Positions 1-10,542 of a stretch of DNA of 64,000 nucleotides are shown piece after piece (position 1 is the stretch's first letter; each line of letters begins with the position of its first letter). Made by a program: the position numbers and the translations under genes. The notes beneath the pieces are model-generated. The model worked only from the letters and a program-made list of their open reading frames with translations, did no database searches and was not told where the DNA came from. The DNA lies in the NCBI GenBank assembly GCA_963706325.1, contig CAVPLT010000001.1:800001-864000 (forward strand), in the 5' to 3' direction. The DNA is from an uncultured Nitrospiraceae bacterium (GTDB lineage Bacteria; Nitrospirota; Nitrospiria; Nitrospirales; Nitrospiraceae).

Positions 1-990
1 GCCGTCAAGCTGGCGTCCAATGAAAATCCAATCGGGCCGTCCCCCCAGGCCCTTGCCGTGCTGGCCGAGACGGCGTCAACGCTGCACCGGTATCCTGACG
101 GCGGGGCGTTTCAATTGCGTGGAGCGCTGGCTGAACGGTGGAAGGTCACCCCAGACCAGGTGATTCTGGGCAACGGATCGGATGAACTCCTGGGGCTTCT
201 CGCGCGGACGTTTCTTTCGCCAGGCGATGAGGCCGTGATGGCCGAGCATACGTTCGTCATCTATAAGATGGAGGTCAAGGCGGCGCATGGCGTGGTGGTC
301 GAAGTGCCGCAGAAGAATTGGCATCATGATTTGCCCGCGATGGCCGCGGCGATCACCGATAGGACGCGACTGCTCTTTGTCTGCAATCCGAACAATCCGA
401 CCGGCACCATGGCGACCAAAACAGAGGTGGCAGCGTTGATGGCACGCGTGCCGGACCACGTGGTGGTAGTGTTCGATGAGGCCTATTACGAGTACGTCAG
501 GCATCCGGAATATCCAGAGTCGCTGGACTACGTCAAGGCTGGACGACATGCCATCGTGCTGCGGACGTTTTCGAAGATTTACGGATTGGCCGGACTTCGG
601 ATCGGCTATGGGATTACTACGCCTGAAATTACGAACTATCTCAATCGAATCCGGCCACCCTTCAACGCGAACAGTATGGCGCAACGCGCTGCGCTGGCCG
701 CCTTGACCGATGAGGCGCATGTGACCGCCAGTCGGGCGCTCAACCATAATGAGATGGACAAGGTGCGGACGGGCTTGCAACGGCTTGGGTTTGAGGCGTT
801 GCCGAGCGAGGCGAACTTTCTGTACTTCGATGTCGGGAGAAATGGCCGCGAGGTGTTCGACGCCCTCTTGCGAGAGGGCATCATCGTGCGCCATATCGAG
901 GGCCGGATGTTGCGGGTGACCATCGGCTTACCGGACGAAAATCAATTGTTCCTAAGCGCGCTCAAGGACATCACGCGTGCGTCGCGATAA
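1..990 (+). CDS. hisC: Histidinol-phosphate aminotransferase (5' end cut by window)
   Basis: Frame is open from base 1 (AVKLASNENP). GNGSDE, CNPNNPTG, DEAY and PLP-lysine RTFSKIYGLAGLRIG motifs. Confidence 0.96.
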   Translation, partial: AVKLASNENPIGPSPQALAVLAETASTLHRYPDGGAFQLRGALAERWKVTPDQVILGNGSDELLGLLARTFLSPGDEAVMAEHTFVIYKMEVKAAHGVVVEVPQKNWHHDLPAMAAAITDRTRLLFVCNPNNPTGTMATKTEVAALMARVPDHVVVVFDEAYYEYVRHPEYPESLDYVKAGRHAIVLRTFSKIYGLAGLRIGYGITTPEITNYLNRIRPPFNANSMAQRAALAALTDEAHVTASRALNHNEMDKVRTGLQRLGFEALPSEANFLYFDVGRNGREVFDALLREGIIVRHIEGRMLRVTIGLPDENQLFLSALKDITRASR

Positions 991-1008
991 GGAAGGCGAG
1001 ACGAGATC

Positions 1009-2022
1009 ATGATTATTGTCTTGAAACCCGAAGCTTCGGAACGTGAAGTCGATCACATCATTGATCGCCTCCGCGAGCTCGGATTGAAGTCGCATATTTC
1101 AACCGGCCAAGAGCGGACCATTATCGGAGTGATCGGCGACGATCGGATTTTGCATAATCAGCCGTTGACCGCCTTGCCCGGCGTCGAGAGTGTGTTGCCG
1201 ATCCTGGCTCCTTGGAAGCTGGTCAGCCGGGAGTTCAAAAAAGAGAATACCATCATTGATGTCAACGGGGTCAAAATCGGCGACAAAAAAATTACGATCA
1301 TGGCGGGTCCCTGCGCGGTCGAGCGATTGGAACTGACCGTGGGGATTGCGCACGAAGTCAAATCGTCCGGCGCCACGATTCTCCGGGGCGGGGCCTACAA
1401 GCCGCGGACCTCACCCTATTCGTTTCAAGGATTGGGGCGGGAAGGATTGGATTACTTAGTTGAGGCGAAGAAACAGACCGGGCTCCCGGTAGTGAGCGAG
1501 ATTTTGGATACGCGGGACATCGAATTATTTCTTGAGAAAGCCGACATCATTCAGATCGGCGCCCGAAACATGCAGAACTTCGAGTTGCTCAAGGAAGTCG
1601 GCGCGTACGACAAGCCGGTATTGTTGAAGCGCGGTCTGTCTGCCACGATCAAGGAGTTCCTTCTATCCGCTGAGTACATCATGTCGCGCGGCAATCGTAA
1701 CGTCATGTTGTGTGAGCGCGGCATTCGTACCTTCGAGACGCAGTATCGGAATACCTTGGACCTGGCAGCCATCCCCACCCTCAAGGATCTTTCGCATCTG
1801 CCGGTCATCGTCGATCCGAGCCATGCGACGGGCAAGTGGGATCTGGTGGCGCCGATGTCCAAGGCGGCGATCGCGGCCGGGGCCGACGGACTCTTGATCG
1901 AAGTGCATTCCAACCCTGAATGCGCGCTGTGCGACGGCGAGGAATCCATCCGGCCCTCCAAATTCAAGGAGCTGATGGCTGACTTGCGGAGGCTTGCGGC
2001 AGCAGTTGACAGGACGATCTAG
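1009..2022 (+). CDS. aroF: DAHP synthase (type I-beta) with N-terminal regulatory domain
   Basis: AGPCAVE, RGGAYKPRTSPYSFQG, IGARNMQN, KRG and DPSH motifs. Confidence 0.96.
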   Translation: MIIVLKPEASEREVDHIIDRLRELGLKSHISTGQERTIIGVIGDDRILHNQPLTALPGVESVLPILAPWKLVSREFKKENTIIDVNGVKIGDKKITIMAGPCAVERLELTVGIAHEVKSSGATILRGGAYKPRTSPYSFQGLGREGLDYLVEAKKQTGLPVVSEILDTRDIELFLEKADIIQIGARNMQNFELLKEVGAYDKPVLLKRGLSATIKEFLLSAEYIMSRGNRNVMLCERGIRTFETQYRNTLDLAAIPTLKDLSHLPVIVDPSHATGKWDLVAPMSKAAIAAGADGLLIEVHSNPECALCDGEESIRPSKFKELMADLRRLAAAVDRTI

Positions 2023-2048
2023 GCCTAATTGCAGCAAACAGTCGTCGA

Positions 2049-2945
2049 ATGATGAGACCACATTTCAAGCAAGTTGCAATTATTGGAGTTGGATTGATCG
2101 GCGGGTCCCTAGGGATGATTTTGCGCCGGCAGAACCTCGCCGACTCTGTCGTCGGCATCGGGCGGCGTGTTGAGAATCTCAAGACGGCCGTCGAAATGGG
2201 CGCGATCGATCGCTATGTGTCGGACCCTCGAGAAGGTGTCGAAGGCGCAGATTTTGTCCTCTTGGCCACTCCAGTAGACACGTATGAAGGGCATCTCCAG
2301 GAGTGGTCGACCTGCCTCAAGCCGGGGGCCATCGTGAGCGACGTCGGGAGCGTAAAGGGCGAGTTGGTCATGCGGGCTGAAGCGCTGATACCTCCTGCCG
2401 TGAGCTTCGTAGGCGCACATCCGATTGCCGGCAAGGAGAAAACCGGTGTGGCTGCAGGATCCGAGACGCTCTTCACCGGCGCGCGCTGTATTTTGACACC
2501 CACGGCCAAGACAGATCCGGACGCGCTGCGCATCGTTCGTGCCCTGTGGGAGCTCGCCGGGTCGGTCGTGCTGGAAATGGACCCCTTTCTTCACGACAAA
2601 ATTCTCGGCGCAGTCAGCCATCTTCCGCACGTAGCGGCGTTTGCATTGATGACGGCGCTTGCGGATGTGCGTGACCACGGCGTGCCGGAACTCGATTTGG
2701 CCGGCCATTCAGGAGGAGGTTTGCGAGATACTACGCGTATCGCGGCCAGTTCTCCTGAGATGTGGCGAGACATTTTCTTATGGAACCGGGACAATCTGGT
2801 GTTTCTGATCGAGACCTATGAGCGGCATCTCGGCGAGCTCAAGCGGTTGATTGCGTCAGGCGACGCGGCCGGTATCGAAAAGCAGCTGGACCAAGCCAAA
2901 CATGAGCGGGAACAGCTGACCGCGCGTACGTCGGGAAAGGTGTAG
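2049..2945 (+). CDS. tyrA: Prephenate/arogenate dehydrogenase
   Basis: GVGLIGGS Rossmann motif, DVGSVK, HPIAGKE, SHLPH, DTTRIA. Confidence 0.95.
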   Translation: MMRPHFKQVAIIGVGLIGGSLGMILRRQNLADSVVGIGRRVENLKTAVEMGAIDRYVSDPREGVEGADFVLLATPVDTYEGHLQEWSTCLKPGAIVSDVGSVKGELVMRAEALIPPAVSFVGAHPIAGKEKTGVAAGSETLFTGARCILTPTAKTDPDALRIVRALWELAGSVVLEMDPFLHDKILGAVSHLPHVAAFALMTALADVRDHGVPELDLAGHSGGGLRDTTRIAASSPEMWRDIFLWNRDNLVFLIETYERHLGELKRLIASGDAAGIEKQLDQAKHEREQLTARTSGKV

Positions 2946-2951
2946 GCAACC

Positions 2952-4280
2952 ATGGCGTCTCTGACTGTCACACCGGGCCGTCCGTTGAAGGGCATGGTCA
3001 CTGTACCAGGGGACAAGTCTGTCACTCATCGGGCAATCATCCTCACGGCTCTGGCGGAGGGGGTCAGCACCGTCTCAGATTATTGTCGCGGTGAAGATTG
3101 CCTGAATACGATGCGCGCGTTTCAATCGCTCGGTGTGCGGATCGAGGAAACGGTTGACCAGTTATTAGTACATGGAAAAGGCATGTGGGGTCTTACGGAA
3201 CCATTCGGTCCCATCGACTGTGGGAACTCCGGCACCGGCATTCGTTTAATGACTGGAGTGCTGGCCGGACAGGATTTTTTTACGGTCCTCACGGGGGACG
3301 ATTCGATCAGGCGACGCCCAATGGGCCGGGTCGTGAAACCGTTACGGTCGATGGGAGCGACGATTGCAGGAAGAAAAGGCGGGGAATTGGCGCCGTTGGC
3401 GATTACCGGTACGCGACTGACAGGGATGTCCTATTCATCGCCGGTCGCGAGTGCCCAAATCAAATCATCGCTGTTGTTTGCCGCCCTCTATGCCGATGGC
3501 ATGACGACCATTGTGGAGCCGCGCCTTTCGCGTGATCATACGGAACGCATGTTTGCCTATTTCGGGATCCCCTTGCGTCGCGATGGGTGCACGGTTCAGA
3601 TCGAAGGGCGTCCGTCTGTCCGATGGAGCGGCAAGAGGGTTGTGGTGCCAGGTGACCTGTCTGCGGCGGCATTTTTTGTGGTAGGGGCATTGATTGTGCC
3701 GGGATCGGATGTGACGGTCGGTGGCGTGGGTATGAATCCAACTCGGACGGGCCTCTTGGACATCCTGCGTGACATGGGCGCTCAAATCGACGTGCTTAAT
3801 CCGCGCGAAGAGGCCGGTGAACCTGTCGCAGATCTCCATGTGCGTTCGCAGCCGCTTCGAGGCGTACGAATTGGACCAGAGCAAATTCCGCAGACAATCG
3901 ATGAATTTCCGATCCTCTGCGTCGCCGCGGCTGTGGCTGAAGGCGAAACGGTTATCACAGGCGCCGAGGAATTACGGGTCAAGGAAAGTGATCGGATTGC
4001 CACGATGGCGACCGAACTGCGGGCCATGGGAGCGCGCATTGAAGAACGACCCGATGGAATGGTGATTCAAGGACTCGGGGGTAAGGGACTGAACGGGACG
4101 CTGACTGCTGCGACCTGTGCGAGCCACGGCGACCATCGTGTGGCCATGTCAGTTGCGATTGGAGCGTTGACCGCTCGGGAACCGACTTTCATTCAGGACA
4201 CAGCCTGTATCGAGACGTCTTTCCCGCATTTCGATCGTACCCTATTGGAACTGTTGACTGCTCCCGCAAAACGTCTATAG
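2952..4280 (+). CDS. aroA: EPSP synthase
   Basis: PGDKSVTHR, GNSGT, SAQIKS, RDHTE, KESDRI, DHRVAM. Confidence 0.97.
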   Translation: MASLTVTPGRPLKGMVTVPGDKSVTHRAIILTALAEGVSTVSDYCRGEDCLNTMRAFQSLGVRIEETVDQLLVHGKGMWGLTEPFGPIDCGNSGTGIRLMTGVLAGQDFFTVLTGDDSIRRRPMGRVVKPLRSMGATIAGRKGGELAPLAITGTRLTGMSYSSPVASAQIKSSLLFAALYADGMTTIVEPRLSRDHTERMFAYFGIPLRRDGCTVQIEGRPSVRWSGKRVVVPGDLSAAAFFVVGALIVPGSDVTVGGVGMNPTRTGLLDILRDMGAQIDVLNPREEAGEPVADLHVRSQPLRGVRIGPEQIPQTIDEFPILCVAAAVAEGETVITGAEELRVKESDRIATMATELRAMGARIEERPDGMVIQGLGGKGLNGTLTAATCASHGDHRVAMSVAIGALTAREPTFIQDTACIETSFPHFDRTLLELLTAPAKRL

Positions 4281-4292
4281 TGCGAGGATTCT

Positions 4293-4991
4293 GTGGGTGA
4301 GAGCGCTCAGTTGAGGCAGGGGAAGCAAGGTCTCATCATCGCGATTGATGGTCCGGCCGGCGTTGGGAAAAGTACGGTCGCCAGACTGTTGGCGTTGCGG
4401 CTCGGATATTTGTACCTGGATACGGGCGCTCTGTATCGTGCTGTGGCCTGGAAGGTGCAAGACGCAGGGCTGGATGCGAATGATCGAACGACCATTGCCA
4501 CGCTCTTGCCTGAGACCACGCTTCGAATGGCCTGCGGCCCGGAACAGGCGCATGTTCTGATGGATGGACGGGATATCACGGGTGAATTGCGTACACCTGG
4601 CGTGACGGCACTCGCTTCGATGGTGTCGGCGATTCCCGCTGTGCGCGAATGGCTCTTGCCGGTGCAGCGGCAAATTGGCGCAGGCGGCTGCGTAGTGGCA
4701 GAGGGACGCGATATCGGGACCCGGGTGTTCCCGGAGGCGGACGTTAAATTTTTTCTCGAGGCCGATCCGGATGTTCGGGCGACCAGGCGACATCGTGAAC
4801 TGGTAGCGGCTGGACATTCGGTTCCATTGGACCAGACTAAGCGCGATCTTACGGGGCGAGATGATCGCGATCGGTCCCGAGCGGTGGCCCCCTTGATCCC
4901 TGCGCCAGATGCTGAGCATATCGATACCTCAAGCATGCCCGCAGAGTCGGTCGTCGAGCACATGATGGCTGTGATCACGGCGAAATTGTGA
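4293..4991 (+). CDS. cmk: Cytidylate kinase
   Basis: IDGPAGVGKST P-loop, LDTGALYR, EGRDIGT. Confidence 0.96.
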   Translation: MGESAQLRQGKQGLIIAIDGPAGVGKSTVARLLALRLGYLYLDTGALYRAVAWKVQDAGLDANDRTTIATLLPETTLRMACGPEQAHVLMDGRDITGELRTPGVTALASMVSAIPAVREWLLPVQRQIGAGGCVVAEGRDIGTRVFPEADVKFFLEADPDVRATRRHRELVAAGHSVPLDQTKRDLTGRDDRDRSRAVAPLIPAPDAEHIDTSSMPAESVVEHMMAVITAKL

Positions 4992-5683
4992 TCTCCGCAC
5001 TCTATGGCTGTTTGTGGATTGTCTCGCGAGTGATCGGGTGGGTGTGTTTCGGGTATCGCACGGTCGGCAGGGTTCCGCGGCAAGGCGGATTTCTCATCGC
5101 CTCGAACCATGCCAGCTATTTGGACATTCCATTGCTGGGCTGTGGTGTGCTACGGCGGGTCTGGTATATGGGCCGGCATGACTTGTTTCCAGTGCCTTGG
5201 CTTAATGGACTATTGCAGGCTCTTGGCTGGATTCCCTTGCGGATCGGACGACTTGATCGTGATGCTTTCAGCAAGGCCGTCTCCCTCATCAAGGAAGGCA
5301 AGCCGGTGGCGATCTTTCCTGAGGGAGGACGAACGATGACCGGTGCATTGAAACCTGGGAAGCCAGGAATTGGGGTGATTGTGGCGCAAACCGGGTGTCA
5401 GGTGGTACCCGCTCATATCGGCGGCACATTCAAGGTGCTGCCGCCCGGGGCCAAGTGGCCTAGATTTCACCGAGTGACCGTGGCTTATGGGACGCCGATT
5501 GATTTTTCGGCTGACGCCGCTCAGTTGGAAGGCAAAGCATTTTATCAACATGTCAGTCGAACGGTGATGGGGAAGATTGCGGAGCTCGGACAAGTTCCGA
5601 CTGCTGGGGACTGGTCGGCGAAAGCCGGGCAGCGCCACGATCTCGATACCACGCCAACGGCCAAGTCTTGCAACGCTGAGTAA
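4988..5683 (+). CDS. plsC: 1-acyl-sn-glycerol-3-phosphate acyltransferase
   Basis: NHASYLD and FPEGGR acyltransferase motifs; lies between cmk and rpsA. Confidence 0.9.
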   Translation: MISALYGCLWIVSRVIGWVCFGYRTVGRVPRQGGFLIASNHASYLDIPLLGCGVLRRVWYMGRHDLFPVPWLNGLLQALGWIPLRIGRLDRDAFSKAVSLIKEGKPVAIFPEGGRTMTGALKPGKPGIGVIVAQTGCQVVPAHIGGTFKVLPPGAKWPRFHRVTVAYGTPIDFSADAAQLEGKAFYQHVSRTVMGKIAELGQVPTAGDWSAKAGQRHDLDTTPTAKSCNAE

Positions 5684-5740
5684 GATTTGGTTGCTCTCAC
5701 GTTCAGCACCCGGCTCGAGCCGGAGGACGAGGATCTTTTC

Positions 5741-7452
5741 ATGAGTACTGTCACACCAGAAAGCGAACCCACACTCGATCGCGACGCCTTGGCGGCGATG
5801 TACGAGGAAACCTTCCGCAACTTTGAGGAAGGAACCATCACCGAAGGCATGGTCGTGGCCATCGGTAAGGATAAAGTGGTGGTCGATATCGGCTATAAGT
5901 CCGAGGGGATGATTCCGGGCGACCAATTCTCACACGAGGAATTGGCGCAACTGAAGGTGGGCGATCGGCTCCAGGTCTACCTCGAGGAATGTGAAGACGC
6001 CGACGGGAATTTGGTGCTCTCCAAAGAAAAAGCCGACAAGATGAAAATCTGGGAGGAATTGGAGAAGCTGCACAAAGAAGAAAAAAGCATTGAGGGTAAG
6101 ATTATTTCTCGCATCAAGGGCGGCATGATGGTCGATATCGGCGTCAAGGCGTTCCTGCCTGGCTCGCAGATCGATCTGCATCCTGTCCGCGATCTGGATG
6201 GGCTGGTCGGGAAGACCTTCCCACTCAAGATCATCAAGATCAATCATCGCCGGGGCAACGTCGTCGTCTCGCGTCGAGTACTGCTGGAAGAGAATCGCGA
6301 TCGCCGGCGCCAAACGACATTGGCCACATTGAAGGAAGGCCAGCTGATTCAGGGCATGGTCAAAAACATCACCGACTACGGAGCCTTCATCGACCTGGGC
6401 GGGATCGACGGACTTGCTGCATATCACGGACATGTCATGGGGTCGTGTAGGACATCCATCCGAATTGTTCCAAGTCAGCGACAAGGTTGAAGTGACGGTG
6501 TTGAAGTATGATCGTGAGACTGGCCGTATTTCTCTTGGCCTGAAGCAGAAGTCGGCGGATCCCTGGACCGGTGTCGCCGCGAAGTATCCGGTCGGCACTC
6601 GCGTGCGTGGCCGAGTCGTGAGCTTGACCGATTACGGAGCGTTCGTCGAATTGGAGCCAGGCGTGGAAGGATTGGTGCACGTATCCGAAATGTCTTGGAC
6701 CCACGAAGTCCGGCATCCCTCGCGTGTGGTGTCCGTTGGCGATCAGGTTGAAGCGGCCGTGTTGAACGTCGATCCGGGCAAGCCGGAAAATCTCCTTAGG
6801 GATGAAGCAGACGGCGCCGAATCCTTGGGACATGATCGAAGCCAAGTACCCGGCCGGGACGCGCATTGAAGGAAAGGTGAAGAGTCTGACCGACTTTCGG
6901 CGCGTTCGTTGGCTTAGAAGAAGGGATCGATGGATTGATCCATATTTCCGACATGTCCTGGACCAAGCACATCAAGCATCCGTCGGAGCTCTTCAAGAAG
7001 GGCCAGAAGGTCGATGCGGTGGTCATTCGAATCGACAAGGATAAGGAGCGGCTCTCGCTGGGCTACAAACAATTGACGCGCGATCCATGGGAAGAGCAAA
7101 TTCCAATCAAGTATCGGTCGGGGATAGCGGTTACCGGTAAGGTGAGCAAGATCGCTGATTTCGGGCTCTTCATTGAACTGGATGGCGACGTTGAAGGTTT
7201 GATCCATGTCAGCGAGGTCGGCCTCGATGCGCAATGTTCGCATGGAAGACAAGTTCAAGCCGCAGGATGACGTGACGGCCAAGATCATCAAGGTCGATCG
7301 AGAGGAGCGCAAGATTGCGCTTGAGCCTCCGCGATCACCAGATGGATAGTGATCGTCGACAAGTGGATGAGTTTCATGCTACCCAGGGTGCGGTTGGATC
7401 AGACCTGGGACGAGCAGCCAAGCAAAGCCGGAAGCGGAATGGGCGAGAGTGA
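5741..7452 (+). pseudogene. rpsA: 30S ribosomal protein S1, apparently frameshifted (probably sequencing errors)
   Basis: Consecutive S1 domains (DIGYKSEG, FLPGSQID, HITDMSW, HVSEMSW, HISDMSW) split over several frames by 1-nt indels near 6413, 6777, 6895, 7231 and 7320. 3' end approximate. Confidence 0.93.
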
Positions 7453-7467
7453 CTTCCGAAGCATAGC

Positions 7468-8392
7468 GTGCTGCTGGAGATTCAAGGGATCCACAGAGCA
7501 GAGACACACCGGAAAGCCGGGCAGAAGCGAAGCATCGCGCGCCGGTTGTCTGGTCATCGTTCTCGTGGGACGGAGCCGTTGCTTCTGATTAATGCATTCC
7601 TCCCCGACCTCGATCTTTCGGGACAGGAACGTGTTGCGCTTATTCGTATCGAGGGGGTGATTCTCGATGCGCAGACGACGATCGGGGAGTTGAAGCGACT
7701 TTAGCGAGAATCCCTTGGTCAAGGCGATCGTGTTGCGCATCGACAGTCCTGGAGGAGGCGTCGTCCCGTCCCAGGAGATTCATGATGCGGTGAAACGGGT
7801 AAAGAATAAGAGCAATAAGGCCGTGATCGCTTCGATGGGGACGGTGGCGGCTTCCGGAGGGTATTACATTGCCGCCGCCACGACCGTATCATCGCCAATC
7901 CTGGCACATTGACCGGCAGTATCGGCGTGATCATGGAAATGGCGAACGTCGAAGGGTTGCTGAAGAAGATCGGGGTGGAAGGCGTGGTGATCAAGAGTGG
8001 ACGATTCAAGGACGTCGGTTCGCCGTTCCGAAAAATGAGCGACGATGAACGCAAGTTGTTGCAGTCAGTCATGGACGATGTGCATCATCAGTTTATTCAG
8101 GCGGTGGCCGACGGACGGTCGTTGGAGCTGTCTGATGTAGAACCCCTGGCGGATGGACGTATCTTTACCGGGCGTCAGGCGAAGGAGGCCAGACTTGGTC
8201 GACGAATTGGGCGACCTTGATGATGCGATCCGTATCGCGGCAGATATTGCCGGCATACAAGGGGAACCAAAAGTCGTGGAACCGCGCAAACGGTTCTCGT
8301 TTCGAGATATTATCGAGTCGCGGTGGTCGTCGTTGTTTCCGAAGCTGGAGTTCGAGACCGGCGTCAAACTGAAATACCTGATGGCGTTCTGA
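7468..8392 (+). pseudogene. sppA: Signal peptide peptidase SppA (S49), apparently frameshifted
   Basis: LRIDSPGG, AASGGYY, TGSIGV, KSGRFKD, DGRIFTG and LVDELG lie in different frames, with shifts near 7700, 7880 and 8190. Start uncertain. Confidence 0.88.
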
Positions 8393-8461
8393 CCAACCGG
8401 ATCGCCGTCGGCAGTTGCAATTCACAGTCGAACGTAACTCCCACCTACGAGGAGAGGGACG

Positions 8462-8731
8462 ATGACTAAAGCGCAGATTATCGAGCGGGTTTCGGAGCAG
8501 GTGACGACCCTGACGAAGCGACAAGCCGAGGTGGTCGTGAATACCATTTTCGACTGTATTCGTGATTCACTTCGAAGCGGTAACAAGACCGAAATTCGAG
8601 GGTTCGGCAGTTTCCGGTTCCGTGCGAGACGAATGAAGGAAGGCCGCAATCCAAAGACCGGGGCGACTGTAGCCGTACCGGCCAAGCGTGTGCCCTTCTT
8701 CAAGGCCGGCAAGGAACTGAAGGAATTTTGA
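8462..8731 (+). CDS. ihfB: Integration host factor beta / HU-family DNA-binding protein
   Basis: MTKAQII, EIRGFGSF, GRNPKTG, FKAGKEL; RBS GGAGAGG. Last codons may be affected by a 1-nt deletion. Confidence 0.9.
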   Translation: MTKAQIIERVSEQVTTLTKRQAEVVVNTIFDCIRDSLRSGNKTEIRGFGSFRFRARRMKEGRNPKTGATVAVPAKRVPFFKAGKELKEF

Positions 8732-8752
8732 ATAAGTAACAGGAGTGATGCC

Positions 8753-9750
8753 GTGGCAGAGGCACCAAACATAACAGCGCGCCGGATGTTCGGTGGACTG
8801 AGGGGGCACTGAAGCGTATGGAACGCGCGCCGCTGTTTTTGCGGGGAATGGTACGCCGTCTCGCCGAGAAAAAGGCGCGTGAATTAGGCTACGGTGAGAT
8901 TACCGAGGAGATTCTCGACCAGTTCAAGGGCCAAATGATGGGAACCATGGGCGGCGAAGGCGGCATGGCCGAGGCTGCCGACCAAATGGCGAAGGGACAA
9001 TTGCCCTGGACTGCTGCCGCGAAGGAACGGCTAGCCGCTGTGCCGGAGTTTATGCGGGGAATGATCAAGCAAATTGCCGATGAGATCGCTCGCAAAGGCG
9101 GTCACATGGAAGTTAACGTCGACCTGTTCGAGAAGGTTGAAGCTTTGGGCGACATCCGCGAGCGCGAATTGCCTCCGTTGGAATGGACCGAAGGGGCCTT
9201 GGCATTGCTTCAACAGAAGATTAAGGAGTCGCCGCCGATCGCGATGGATTTCGTCAGCGATATGATCCGGCACGACACAGAGGAGCTAGCGAGGGAGAAG
9301 GGACTCACGCGGATCGACGAGCAGGCCGTGGTGAATTTGTGGGATGCCCCGCAGGAGCGCGTGACATGGAGCGATGAAGCGTGGAAGCGCCTTCAAACGT
9401 CGCCGGACTTCGTCCGTAGCGGAATTCGCAAAGCGGCTGAGCGGAGGGCCCGAAAGCTCGGCCTGTCAGAAGTCGATTCCGAACATCTCACCACGTTCCG
9501 CAACCAGGCCATGATGAAAGCGGTGAAGCGCATTCGTTCGTTTGGTTACAACGAACTCACATTCGACGCCTTTGACACGGCCCTGGAAAAAACGAAACGC
9601 CTGCAGGGCAATGATCAAGCGGAAAAGAGACTGCAAGAAATTCGGTCACACTTCAGTGACCCCGATACCAAAAAGCCCGACGGTGGAACCCTGGGGGCCG
9701 ATTTAATGGGACGCTTCAGGAGATTTCTGAAGGGGGAAGGATCACTTTAG
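8753..9750 (+). CDS. Protein of four tandem PCP_red-like (protochlorophyllide reductase C-terminal-like) helical repeats
   Basis: Four W(T/S)xxA..P.F.R..I....E..AR..G...I/V repeats. Repeat 1 (PDVRWTEGALKR) begins upstream of ATG 8818. The RBS-preceded GTG at 8753 is out of frame, implying one more indel. Confidence 0.75.
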
Positions 9751-9802
9751 CAGGTCAGTCTACTCTCTGTTTCGCCCTCCCGCGTCCTATTTCATGTCCC
9801 GC

Positions 9803-9822
9803 CGTCCGAAGACGGACGTTTT
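9803..9822 (+). terminator. Probable intrinsic terminator
   Basis: CGTCCG-AAGA-CGGACG hairpin followed by TTTT, downstream of the operon. Confidence 0.55.
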
Positions 9823-9979
9823 ATATCCCCACGATCGGTATGCCGGTGAGTTGTGGCGTTGCGGCACCTGCGTCTCAGCCGGTTGGTTCGTCAAGGGAAG
9901 AACCAACTAGACTGACTCGTCTAAAAGGCAGGGTCGCAACGCCAATCTATCGAGAGTGCGGGAGGGAGATGACGTGTGT

Positions 9980-10297
9980 CTAGTGAGTCGTGAGGGCGCC
10001 AGGCCAGAACTTGTGCCGAATTTGCGGCAGTGGTTCGCTGTCAAAATTAGGAATATCGTAGAGGCAACGATCAATGGTCGAAACCTCCTCTTCCGTGAGC
10101 TCCAGTTGGACTTGCTTCTTCCAGAACTGATCGAGCGCCAAGTAATCGTTCGAGGTCGGTTTCTCGGCCAGGAGCGCCTGCATATGCTTAAATCCCTCTG
10201 TATCGACACCGGGCACGCGACCGTTGTTGCGATCGATGCACCACTTCAGGACTTCTGCGACACCGTACATAGATAACGGAATTGTTACTTTGCTCAT
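9980..10297 (-). CDS. Hypothetical protein
   Basis: ORF MSKVTIPLSMYG with strong RBS GAGGAG; no recognised motif. Confidence 0.75.
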   Translation of the reverse strand: MSKVTIPLSMYGVAEVLKWCIDRNNGRVPGVDTEGFKHMQALLAEKPTSNDYLALDQFWKKQVQLELTEEEVSTIDRCLYDIPNFDSEPLPQIRHKFWPGALTTH

Positions 10298-10542
10298 GGT
10301 CTCCTCCTCAATACTTGGCGGCATTGTAGCCTAAGACTTCGGCTCTTTTCAAAGGGGCGAAAGGCCTATGCGAGGACAGTACATTCGGGAGAGCCCCTAT
10401 GGGAGCCGCCAGGATGATGATGGCGACCGGGATTCATTGCGAAGCAAGATGGCCCTCTGTATACTCCGCTCGACGCCTGAAAATCGGGAGCGGCGAAGCA
10501 TGGACTTGGCCGAATTGTCATGCCTTTTTCATCGAGATGGAC

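Noticed and set aside
6400..8200. Programmed frameshifting or phase variation in rpsA and sppA
   Set aside because: Too many shifts, no slippery heptamers or long homopolymers, and confined to one block; sequencing error is more parsimonious.
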